From Catajapyx aquilonaris (Eukaryota), in NCBI GenBank assembly GCA_000934665.2, contig JYFJ02000141.1:186001-230534 (forward strand): a DNA stretch of 44,534 nt, written 5' to 3'. Below the pieces are notes generated by a model. It was not told where the DNA came from. It worked only from the letters and a program-made list of their open reading frames with translations, and made no database searches. Each line of letters starts with the position of its first letter. The first letter of the stretch is position 1. The position numbers and the translations under genes are program-made. Below are positions 1 to 12,200 of the stretch, piece after piece.

Positions 1-15
1 ATCAGAAAGTACACT

Positions 16-760
16 CTAAATGCACTTTGTCTTTGCTATTGGTTCCTGTACAGTGAACTGCACAGTATCGCATACATTTTGAACTGTCCCTATACTCCAA
101 ACAGCGTTAGAAGCTTCACTAACTATACCAAATGACACCTGAACTTTAGGAAAGGCCATCAAAATACTGCTACAAGTTCGGTCTAGTCCCTGTGCATTCA
201 ATAGCTTTTTTGCACGCTACCTAATATCAAAAGTCAGTGCTACAGTAAATCGACAGGTAATTTGCAAAATTTTAATACCCTGCAACTTTACGGGAGTATT
301 TTCTTCCTCCGGATCTGCACGCAACTCGACTTCATCCATCACTTCAGGGGTTCCCTTAAATCTTGTCCGTACATCTCCTGAGGGAACTCTCCCAACTAGA
401 TTGTAGTCCTGTAAAGCCAAGGCATGGCAACGCATAACCTCAGAATTATATTCCTCCTCTGACGGCATTGCAGTATAATGATCGTCATCCTAATTTTTCG
501 GGACGCGAATAAGTGTCAGATGAACGGAACAAACCGGACGGGTTAATTACTTTCTGGCTCAAATTATTCCTCTCCATGTGATCGTTATGACGACAATTTA
601 TTATTCGCCCTCGACTCTTGAGTGGCATTTTGTCACAATCGATGGCAGCCCTGCCGATCCTATAGTTTCCAATCGGAGCTTAGCATAATGGCCGGTTTTA
701 AATTTATTGCTCAGAAATTTAAATTGGCCGCATGAACTACAAGTACTATCCGCATAACTC
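16..760 (-). mobile_element. Probable degenerate LTR-retrotransposon (Ty3/gypsy-like) gag-protease remnant
   Basis: ORFs 601..915, 217..468 and 16..201 share one minus frame, and the last two are separated by a single TAG. Translation shows an interrupted zinc-knuckle-like motif (CSSCG..KTGHYAKL), an acidic linker, then VELRADP..VKLQGI..CRFTVALTF..QGLDR, loosely resembling a decayed retropepsin region. Family assignment is inference only. Confidence 0.35.
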
Positions 761-1910
761 CAGGCCTTAACCTTTTTCTGTAACAAACTTGCAATTATAA
801 GCCAGAAGCTACACGTACTTTGTGATAAAGTCGCACTACATTGCGGTCCAAAGTCGAAGAAACTGAAAGTTTGAAAGCCGTCGGGGGCTATCTCAACGCC
901 CCTCTGGTGATTCAATAAGGAAGCTGACTGATGCCATCTTGACTTTTTCCCCCTTCATTTTAAAAATAAAATGGATGCCCCAATTTGGTACATTTGCTAA
1001 CATTTCCCCCCCTTCCAAAATTGATCAGCCTTTTATCCGGCTAGTTTTTTGCTCCGACTTCGGGGATCATTATCCGTAAATCCGGACTCTGGCCCGTCGC
1101 CATTAAAACACCAGGCTGTGGTCTTAAAATCGCGGCACTTAAGTACGCCTCTTTGGACAAAATGAATCGCTTCGGAAGGAGGAAGGTTATACCATCCCCC
1201 CCAAAAACATCAGTGGCAGCGGCGCACTTTGACGCTCATTTCCAAGTCAGATCAGTTTCCGTTCGGTCCTTGGCCGTCCCCACTTTCTCCGGAAAACCAT
1301 CCGGATTCCCAAGTGTCTTGAAGTGGGGGGGGAAAGGCGAAGGAAAAAAAAAAGTCAGTTGGCAGTTTGGTGAAATTGTAATGTGTTTCGAAGCGGTGGA
1401 ATTCTGGGTTTGAACTCTGTAGATTCGCGGGGGAGATATTTAATATTTAATTTCAATAACAGAAGGTTCTATCTCCTGCCAAAATGTTTGTCGTGTGTAC
1501 TTTCATTAGCGGTGGCGGTACAGGAAGTATGGCCTTCATGGATTTTTTTCATATCAGAGTGAATGACCTTAACCCAGACTTTGGCTGGTTCTGTGCATGG
1601 AAATTTTATTAACTTTTGCTGCCCGTGAGTCTATGATATTTGGTGAACCGGATTGGGTTGGAACATTTTTTCTGCTATTCGATAGCCAGGGTTGTAAGCA
1701 TTTTAGCGCACATACTGTATTGGATCATTAATAACAGATTAGCTGATGTGGTCAACTATGATTGTTTAATTGGCAACTATTGAAACGGTTCAATTGTTAA
1801 TAATTGTGTAATTAACCATTATTTCAATGAGTAATTGAAGTCTGCAGCAGTACTGCAATAATATCTGCAGTTATAGTACATAGCAGAGGTGAAACTTTAG
1901 ATGTAGCCTA

Positions 1911-2074
1911 CAGTGTTGGATATTATTCGAGTCATACTGCTATAGCGACATTTTCCGAAGCGGCAGAAGAACAAATCTTGCTCGCACGGCTTGCAATATC
2001 CATATCTTCGATTCGTTCTTCTGCCACTTCGGAAAATGTCGCTACCAGTATGACTCGATTAATGTCCAACACTT
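1911..2074. mobile_element. MITE with ~65-bp imperfect terminal inverted repeats, TA-flanked (Tc1/mariner-like)
   Basis: Left arm 1911-1977 (cagtgttggatattattcgagtcatactg...gaagcggcagaagaacaaatc) is the reverse complement, with a few mismatches, of right arm 2010-2074. TA precedes it at 1909-1910. A further copy of the arm occurs at 38811-38869. Confidence 0.85.
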
Positions 2075-5011
2075 ACTATATATAGAGATCCTGAAACTTA
2101 AATGTGCACAAAAAAAATGTGGTCAATTAAACCGCCAATTCACATTGCAGCAATTGAAGACGACAAGTACTGTACTCTGACACTATAATTATCTACTCTA
2201 AAAGTAAACATACAGATCTACCCATGAAAATTAACAATACTTAACACTCATGCAAACACCTCGCTCTCAAATGAAATCCTTCCGCTTCCTTCCGTGATCC
2301 CAATCTGTCAAGATCCTTCTATTAAAATTAACCCTAGGAGGCCGAATTATAGCCCCAACCAAATGCGATATGCATTAGCACCTCGCTCGCAATATAATGC
2401 TTGCAATATACCCTTAATAGCTCTAGTGTCCCGTCGCGTCGTGACTATTTTTCTCCCCCGGATTTTCTGGCTAAGGTTTGTGGGAGGTGACATCGGCGGT
2501 GAAACACTTTTTCATCAACCACGAAAGATATATTACTCCAGTGGCCTTCGATTACGTCTTGATAAACCGCAAGAATCGATTCGTCATTTTTTTTTGTTGA
2601 ATATGCCCTTCGAAATCAATGACCCCCCTGCATGTGTAAACCATACCCTCCGAGACAAACTGGGCCACGAATTGGCATAAAAGTTATTGTCAATGGTCAT
2701 TTCAATGTACTAAATTTTTTGTCACAATTGCTAATTTGTGCCAATATTTATATGATGACATATTTAATGCTTATTGGATACTAATTTTAGTATTTTTTGA
2801 ATCATCTGTGTCCCTTCAAATGCTTTGTCATAGTGTATATGATATCATGATAATTCATCTCCATAACTCAATTTATCATTTACATTCGTCCTTTATCTCA
2901 AACTCTCCACATATCCCCAATTCCGACTGTGTCCCCCATATGGCGCGTAAACTTTAGCACCAGTCATTACCTTTTATCCGGCTTGACAACAATGAAGTGG
3001 TGGGGGTAATGCGAGAAGGATAAGTGTGAAAAGGGTCTGAAAAGAGATTCATCCGGGTCGCTTTGGGATCTATAATAACTGCCATCACTCCCTACGTAAT
3101 AACTCGGCTTACTATGCATCGTTTATGAAGGTGTCTCCAGGGATCCTATGCAAAAGCAGAAGGATTTGATTCATGGCTGTTGCTGTGGTGCGAGTTGGGG
3201 GGGTGTGAATAGTATAATGGAAATTGTCGAGAGAGACAATAATCCGGATTTGAGGGTAAGGTCGGCCAAGTTCATTTTACAGGGTGCTACAAAAATATTT
3301 CATGGTAGTTTGCACATTTNNGGGGGGAGCTCCAATTGGACCATATGGGTCTGACGTGGATTGGAATTCTGGTTGGGAAAATGCAAGTGGAATAGAACCT
3401 TCCGGGGGAGAAGGGCACCCTAGGGGTTTTTCTTCGCACGAGAAAACCCTCGTTGACGTCGAATTCGGGTCAAGTTGAGAAGGCACAAGAGTCTGCTCGC
3501 CAAAGGCTTGGTAAATATGAGGAGGTTGCTGGAGTAGATAAAAAAATTGAATTCAATCGTGTGCGTCTCAGATTACATTAGTTGGGAACCACACAATTTT
3601 CTCATGATATATAGCACAGGTGCTGAAGAGATGCTGCCCTAGCAACTTGGTTGCTAAGTAATGCGAGTGTCGCGTTACGAGGAATTGACTCGCGAACTGT
3701 GGAGAGATTTCATTATTGGGGCGCTTTCTGAATCGGGGGGTACAAAGTCGCTCAGGTGTGATTATGACGAGTCGAATGCGGTTTTAGAGGCGGAGTCTTA
3801 CGGCGTAATAACGAATTTCGGCGGATCAAATGCCGGGCTCACTCATTCGCGTTTTAATTAGTGGCTGCACTATCACAGGGCTAATTACGTAGTCATCATT
3901 ATTATTTTTCACATCTGCTTGGGGGATTCTCACAGGTCTGCACATTTGCGGTTTTTTTCATGCAAAAAAGTGCTTGAGTTTTGGTAAATATTTGTCCACG
4001 CATTGTGGCCGATCAAGGCACGCACTGGCAACTATTTATTTTTGCGAAAAAAAAACATGCAAAATATTGACAGGGCAAACGTTCTTCAAATTCACTGGTG
4101 CAAGTAATTCGTAAACCAGTGCGATTCATGTCTAGTGCACTTGGCATAATGCTAGAACTCATTATTATCATGTCGATTGGTACAGTATTGAAGAGTGAGA
4201 ACTGTATTGATTGAGTACACTGTATATGCCTGAAATACAAAATTTAAAAATTCGATTGATCAGTACAAAACATGCGATCACGAATTGTCTGGCCTTCCAA
4301 CTGGGCCATTATTAAATTATTTTGCTCGAGTTCCTTCACTGCTGTTTAACACATTAAAGAAAAGGTTGCCCTGCAGCTCGTTTCAAAAATAAATTCGAAC
4401 GTGTAACACGTCCAGTCCAAACTACAGCTATTGGAATTAAAACAACACTCATCATGCAAATATGTTGACTGAACGTATCTCCGTATCCGACAGACGTAAA
4501 CTGGTACCACGTCATGAATGTGGGCAAGCGATAACTTCTGGGAACCTATTTCGGTTGTGTGGAAAATTACATCCCCCTCCGGTAGAATAAATTAGGATAA
4601 GTAGCCTAATAAGCCACCCCACAAAATTAAAAGCGCGAACACGCGGTTCACATGACAGCTGCAAATAAGTGGTCTCCAAATGTCAATTTTATGACAACAT
4701 GGGCCTGTACGACGGGGATAAAAAGGTCGCCCCATGTGCATTGCTTATGTAGTTATGTTCACATTTGTACAGCTCCCAATGTCTCTGCTATTTCTGGATT
4801 GAGCTCCGTATAAACGGCAGTTGAAACTAACTCTAAAGCGATTCAATCCCGGTCTATTATACATAACGAGCAGGATCCAGTATCTCAAAGGCATAGCTCA
4901 ACTTTCCGCAACCGTAACAATTAGGTTTAGCCCACGGTTCTATATAGAATCGGCCCGAGGGAACGTCATAATGTTACGAACCGCGCTAATGAACCGAACT
5001 TTGTGACTTAC

Positions 5012-5165
5012 CTGCTGGTTAAGCGGATCTGTACGGAAATGTCGCCCACAGACGTCCGCCACAAACGATAAAACCGTAACAAGGTCAAAGTCACACTTCC
5101 GCACTCGCGAATATTTTTTTTGTTAGGTCTGTTGGAGTTTGTAAGCACACACTAACGACGACTGT
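5012..5165 (-). other. Candidate non-coding first exon (alternative promoter) of a minus-strand gene
   Basis: Consensus donor CAG|GTAAGT (plus strand acttac|ctg, 5006-5014). No ATG in the exon on the minus strand. Inr-like ACAGTC near 5160-5165 in a CpG-rich patch. The upper boundary is a guess. Confidence 0.45.
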
Positions 5166-6226
5166 CGACGACGCCCGTCTCGTCAGGGACGGAACCGAAG
5201 CAGAAGTGAGATGGAAGGGGATTGGGCGATGTTCAGCGCCGGTCGCGTGGTCCGCCCCCAGCAACCACCCCTATACCCCATAGCAGCGAGAGAGTCACGT
5301 GTTCGCGAGATTTTTGTAGTCGAAAAAGGTTGGAGGGGGCCAAGGATTATTACGAGGGATTTGCCACTTCAGATGAGGGATGGTGAGGTAGCAAATGGCA
5401 CCGTTTCCATGCGAAAAGGATGAGCTTACACGGTACCATTGATGACGATGGATAAACTAGCACTTCAGGTGTGGAATTATTCAGACAAAAGCCAAGCTGT
5501 GGGAGGGGAGAAAACCCAGTGAATCGATACCGTGTGCATATGGTTTCGCGACAAAGTCTCGGAATTCTCCTATTGTTTTGAGGGTTGCATAATAGCGAGG
5601 ATATTTCTAGGCGGAGATTCGCGGAATAGCACTTTTGAAAATTAGGTGCGGTGTGAATTTGTGGAATGACGGTTCAGGGGGTTTTTAACGAGGACCGGTC
5701 ACGCCTTCTGGTGCGATTTGCCCAATTGATTAAATTTGGACGAAACTGTGCCGCATCATCCCTGGCAGTTTTGCGTGGATGATTGCACCTGTCCCATGCG
5801 ATTCATATCACTCCGGTTTTTTTTCAGAGGTGCAAACAGGTAGAAAATTTTAATTGCCAATATGGAATGGCACATGCCAGAAATCACGTACGGACATTTA
5901 AACAGGACAGCAGTTATCCTGGGTTTGAAAAAATACGCGTATTAAAAATAAACATGTGAAAGTGGCGTCGATTTCCAAGCTGACTGCAACAATTACTTCT
6001 CATTATCCTTTCCCTCGGTGCATGCCCAGATCATATTTGCAATCTCGGTCCGCCCATAAACCACACCCGGTCTTGAGATTGCGTCACACGCTTGCGGTTG
6101 AGTAGATCCGAGAGGATGCGATTTCCTTAACCGCAGGTCCTCCCTCCGACCCTGTTTTCTCACAGCACATGACACCACGCTTATGAAACTGCACAGCAGC
6201 ATTTCCTCAACTTGCAAGACTTGGTA

Positions 6227-6272
6227 CAGGGTGAGTCAAAACCACTTGGGCTGGCAGTTCTGATTCACCCTG
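6227..6272. mobile_element. 46-bp micro-MITE, TA-flanked, CAGGGTG termini
   Basis: TA|cagggtgagtcaaaac...gttctgattcaccctg|TA: 16-bp inverted ends with 2 mismatches, and TA on both sides as expected for Tc1/mariner insertions. Confidence 0.6.
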
Positions 6273-9200
6273 TACTAGTAGGAATGACGAGGCAGTACTT
6301 TTGGTAAAGGGACGATTCCCTGGTAATTCCTTCCAAAATAAGGTTATCCACTCGGAGGCCACGTCATTCCTACAATATCGATTGCATTTCCCTCTTGTCT
6401 CTCACCCTCACCCTCGTCTGTACCCTCACTCGAACCCTCTTCTGCTCCCACCCCTCTGGGCTCTTCGTCTTTTCCCTATTCTCATCAGGGATGGCCAAGT
6501 CTTATTGGATATCGATACGTTAGTCACCCAAAACGCACAAGTGGGAGGAAGGCCTTTCCGAAATGGGCCAAATTACCAGAGAGAGATGGCATACCATACC
6601 GGACAAAAGAAAAGGATCCGGATGAAAGGGAAGCTGCCACCAACCGGTGATCCGGGTATGAGTCACGGTCCTAAATATACGATTTGGCAACGTACATTTG
6701 GTGTGTCCTCAGGGCCAATCATGGTCGCTCCCGCCAAATCCTGTCCTAATGATGATTGGATGGCCGGTCCAGAAATAATTTACTGTAGCAATACAATCCT
6801 TCTCTGAGCACACAGGAAAGGCCCATTATGCTTCGGATTTACAGAAGCTACATAAAGCTTCGAGAGCCAAATGATACCTGCGGTAAAGGTCAGCATTGCT
6901 ACGTCAATACAGGCATGTTCAGATCAACCTACAGCCTAATTAGAAACTTACAGAGTCCGATGTATTATATGCATTAGTAAGCTGTTCCCTTCGAACTAAT
7001 ATATGGCTGGAATAAAATACAGGCTGACTCTGAAATTCAGTTTCCAGAGCCTCCTCCAGCCTCCAGAGACTGCCTTGGCCAAATACATACATTGCTCATA
7101 AAGTATGATCCTAGCCAGGATTTGCATTAGTAAATACATTAGGCAACGTTCAGAAGGCAACTCTCGCCCAATCAGCACTCCTCCCGCCAAATCAGTCTTA
7201 ATGATGATTGGATGAGGAGCTGTGCGCACAACGCACCGTTGCCATTTCAAGCCGCAATACCTTACAAAGTAGGCTCAACTTGATCTTAGTCATTGAAAAA
7301 GCGCCGAATCGACCTTTTTCTTCTTTATGTCTTCCCCCCCAAACCCACAGCAGCATTATACCCACATCCCCCCCCCCCCCCATGATTTCCTAATCCCTGG
7401 CACGCACACTCCTGATTCTCACTGCCTCCCTCCACCAATTGCTTCCACTTGATGCAGTCGAGCAGGTATAGTCTCACGGTTAATTTCGCTAAATGAGGAA
7501 ACGTCTTCATAATGGCCCAATTGCTGCCCTGCTTCTCCGTCGTGGGCATAATTACAGCTCGCGGTTATGTAAGCCTAATGAGAGGTCTGAAGGAGCGACT
7601 ACCCGCTCCAATGGGATTATGCCATTTATTTATGGCCGTCTCCATATGTCTCCAAGACACCGTATTATTTTGCACGCAGTTTTGCCTGACCTGCAAATTG
7701 CATGGCCATAGCACACCGAAGGATAAAAATGTCGAGTGTCAGCGCGGTATGGTATTGATTTGGGGGTGCATAAAAGGGAGAGTGGAAATTGCAAAGTCGT
7801 TTGGATTTAAAGATCCGCATGCTCCCAAGAAGGTAAATATTTCTTCCTTTTGTGACGAGGAGCGAATCGGGAGACACGTGAACAGAGATCAGAAAAAAAT
7901 ACGAGGAGGATATAAGCCTGTCTGAATAGAAAAGACGCCAAAAAAACACAATTTTTGCATTCATTTTTTCTATATGCCATTGGCCTAATGAAGGCAAGAC
8001 TGTTGAGTTTCATAATTAGGGAGACCTTTTTAGATTCTGCAGTGTGTCGACACAGTGTGGTACAAGGGTATAATACTATACAGTACTTTTTATTCAACTA
8101 TATAGCCTAGCGTTCTCGCTAATGACGACTGTAAAATATATGCAGTATTGCACTGCATGGGAAAAACATTCACAGTATCATAGCCTACATAATTTATTCA
8201 CATTTTTCACGTTACATGTAGACCATACGTCACTTTCGTTGCATATTATGTGCACTGTATATATTACATAAAAGCTTGACTACTAGTAGTCATCTGCTCT
8301 TCACCTCTTCCTCTCAAACAAGATCTGACAGTGTCGCCGCTCTAGTGCTCTTTAGTTGCCGTCCATCAACGAGCACTACACTTGAATGCATATAAGGATC
8401 GTCGGTCAGGGTCGTATAAGCAGGACCGCGGAGAATTCTGTACAGACAGGAATTCATCTTGTGAAGGATTTTCCAAGAAAATGAAAGTATGCTCCCAAAA
8501 CATTCAGCTCAGTTCCACGTTTTGCCCACACACAAATTCCAGTTCTCTATTGCATCACTGAATTTTTTACCAATTTCCCACTAAATAATTGCTATTAAAG
8601 TGCACTACATTAAGCCTATTCTAAGCCCAATTATCTAATTTATACGGTGTCACCCGAGTCCTATAACAGCAGCAAGTACTTGCTTGCAACATGTGAAAAC
8701 TTCCTAGAAAAGCCAACCCTGTATACCATGTATATTTGAACGCCTCGCCGACCCCCCCGAAGTAATGAAGCATTAAAACTTTTATAGTCTCCTCCATTAG
8801 CAAACCATTCTTACGAACCTCATCGCGTTCTAGGTACTAATCCGTAATGGATAACTTCCTCATATTGTGCATCCCGAGTCAAAATTCGCCGAACCTCCGC
8901 CAACGAGATCTATGACACAAAAGGCCTCGGTTCGTTGTAAAGCACAATCAGAAAAGCGTTTAGAACTTTCTGTTGAAAACGCGACGAATCTGTTCTCAGG
9001 GGCCGATTTCGCGACCATTTCTGGTCTACAGTTGGCTGGAATATTAATGAATCCGGCGTTGGAACCTGCCAGCGTGCTGTAGGCGTATTCAATGGAATGC
9101 TCAAAACTCCAGTTACAAGCGACGACATATTCGGGCCAACCCTAAAATGCAAACAAGTGTCCAACTTCATGCTTCATTGACGCTTCATTTCGTCCCTCTT

Positions 9201-12200
9201 ACTCCCCACAGAGACTTTTTTTTTCAGGCGACAAGTTTAAAGAGTGTCCTGAGTAGTAATTACTGCTTCTGAAAAGGCAAAAACTTTTGCATCTGAAGCG
9301 ATAACTTTTGGATATGGAGTTATGTAAATTTTGTGGAGAGGACTGAGGTATGCTGGAGGCATTTGCAGTTTCTCAAAATTCAAATCGGATTTTTTTTGCG
9401 CTTTCGATTGCAGTGTCTTCTTTTTGAGGTGTTCAGCAGCTTTGTTGGGGGAGCTTGGAGCCAAGTTTGAGGTGATTAATTAACGGAACAGAACGATGCG
9501 AGACACACAATGGGGGAGACTTTCCTCCTTTGGGGATGAAGGTGCGGGGGTTTCAAACATTTTCTGACGTTCAAACAAAAAAGGGACGCGGAAATGACAA
9601 AAACTTCTTTGTACCAAAAGTCTTTCCGAAGATTCATCTGGTCGCAGCTGGAGAACAGTCAGTGCCATCTGCCACTATTTTTTTAGATCTCAAAAATGGG
9701 TGTATATTCTTGGTTTTTTTTCTAGTGGAGAGAAAATGGGTTTAGCTCCATCTGGTAACAATTGCTAGCATGGTATGGCGGGAGTTACAAATTCCTTTCA
9801 GAAGGGGAATGTGATTCTATACAGAAAGGGACATTTTATAGACCATAGACTCTTCTATGCTTCTACCTTCTCTTGAATAGTATTTCTCAACTATCGATCA
9901 TACCCACTGCACTTGAATCTATTCTAGCTTTCAATCTATGTATAACTGCTATAATTTGTCAGTTGCATTACATCAAGCCTGTGCTTCAATACACCAGAGC
10001 TTATTATTTCACTAGCCAGCAGGGGAGGAAGTTCCGCTGTAATAATTCTCCAAATCGTAATAAATTGCTCTACCCGGAGACTATTATTAGTCCCCCCTTT
10101 GTAAGATGCATTAGATTGTTTTGCGATGAGGATCCATACTTCGCTTCCCCCACCCCCATGGCGTTATTGTTCTTCCCGAGTTTCTAATGGGTGTCTCGAA
10201 AGTAAGACGTTACACTTTCCAAGGACGACACTTAATCCCGGTAATATTCAGTGCAAGACAGGAATGCGCGAGTGGGCTTTGTCAAAGTCTACTGTAGTTG
10301 GACCCTGGGTCCCCCAAAGGGATTTCCCGTTTGCATATAGGGTGTAAGTTGTTATCACTGAATGAAGGGAGGGATGGGTTTAATATTTTTAAGCATACTT
10401 CACTAAACTTTAACTACTTCGATATGATTTATTATTAATAATAATGGAGTGAATCTGTAGTATCGTATAACCATTTACAAATGGAAGCAGAAGTCTGTAA
10501 GTAGGCCTACTTTCAATAAAGAGTTCAAGGATGATTCAATTGTGCGCTTATAAAATTAAATTAAATATCTTACCTTTTTATTAAAAACAATCCTAATTAC
10601 ACTCAGCTACTTTTATTCGCAACATAATTAGCAACATGAAAAACACACTGTTCGTATCAATTCCAGCAAGGGATTGCATCATAATTATGCAATATTTTGC
10701 ATGATCCTTACATTAGCAATGCAGGATTAATCATTATCAAAAAGTATTGCATTGCACATTACGTATCACACGTCATATGCGAAGTTTGATAATCGAAATG
10801 AACAAAATATTGTCACGTCCTTGCATGGGAAAAATTATGGATTCATAACAAAAAAGAACCGATAACAATGTCATTTCTCATCGCGTAATAAATTCGTGTT
10901 TGTGTCAAAATGCCAGAAGGTGCACGTATTGTGCAGACACATATGAAAAATATCAAAACACAACATCCAAACAATTCCTGAATGCCCTTTGATGTCAGTC
11001 TGGTGATTAAAGTATGAACCGCACACATAAACATTTTCATGATTTACTTTTATTCGCATAGAAATTCGCAAATACATTCTGTAGTATGTAATCTCTGATT
11101 TTGAGCATTTTTGAAGAAGGGGAATTTGCGTTTTACCGCGTTTTACATGGTAGTAAATTAGAAATTTGTGTGTGCATGTAAACTATACTTTTATAATTTT
11201 CATATGAAGTGACCTTGTTTTCTGCCATACGTTCTTAATAAATGCTCCCATTTATAACAATTCAGAACAGTGACTTACACCATGTCATGCATTCAGTCAA
11301 AAATGTCCTCATCTGTTTCTTCCCACAGTATGTCTCTTCGTATCTGTCACACTCGTCACAGCAAACCTCAATCCCCACGGAAAGAGCAATGCATAACTTG
11401 CATGACACCCTTTGAATTCACAGACTGGCGGTGTATGCTGAGAGAAACAGGACAGATGCAAAAACCATTTTTTCCTGTCCTATCCATATCGTGAAATTGG
11501 AACTGGGATTGGAAAAGTGGAAAAAAATCCCTAATGGACTCTTTCCAGACTAGTAGTTCACGAGCACTCATTTTGCAGCACCTGACATGGAAAACTGCAG
11601 TTTCCATCGACATGTGTCATTTCGGAAAATCAGCTGGCGTCACATTTCACTGATAAGCCACCGAATCGTTAATGTGCGGAGTAAGCCTCGCTTCACATCT
11701 GCGTCATGGACCGCTTCGTTCCCTGCGTTGTACACGAGGACCGATAATAATAGCACCGTTGTCCATTCACTTCTGAGCTCCCGAATTCCCCTAATCTCTT
11801 TGTCCACCCTACCTTACCAGTCACAATCGCACACTAACTGAGCTCTTCAGTGGTTTAGCCCACTGAGCAGCTAACGTCAAAGTCCTATTCAGATGACACG
11901 ACCAATCGGATAGCCTACGTGGTTTCCCAGCATCCTGATCCTGTGCAGTACCTGGACATTCTCGTATTGTGGACAGTATTACAACAGAACCTAATTAGAA
12001 ACTTGTATCAAAGTGTACTACTTCAAATCAAAGACCATTCATTCTTCATATTTTTGCTTCCCTTACTAGAAGTTCTTTCTACACAGAGCCTGCTACTCTG
12101 GCACAAAAATATTTCAAGAATATTACTTCGTTACAATCTGGAGAGGCCATTGGCTTTAGAGATCAGGTTGTAGAAGAGTGGCATTACTACAGGTGCTACA

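Noticed and set aside
5750..5802. miR-92-like attgcacctgtccc
   Set aside because: Partial match without a convincing precursor stem.
6301..6807. 168-aa plus ORF
   Set aside because: TTG start, no recognisable motif or exon structure.
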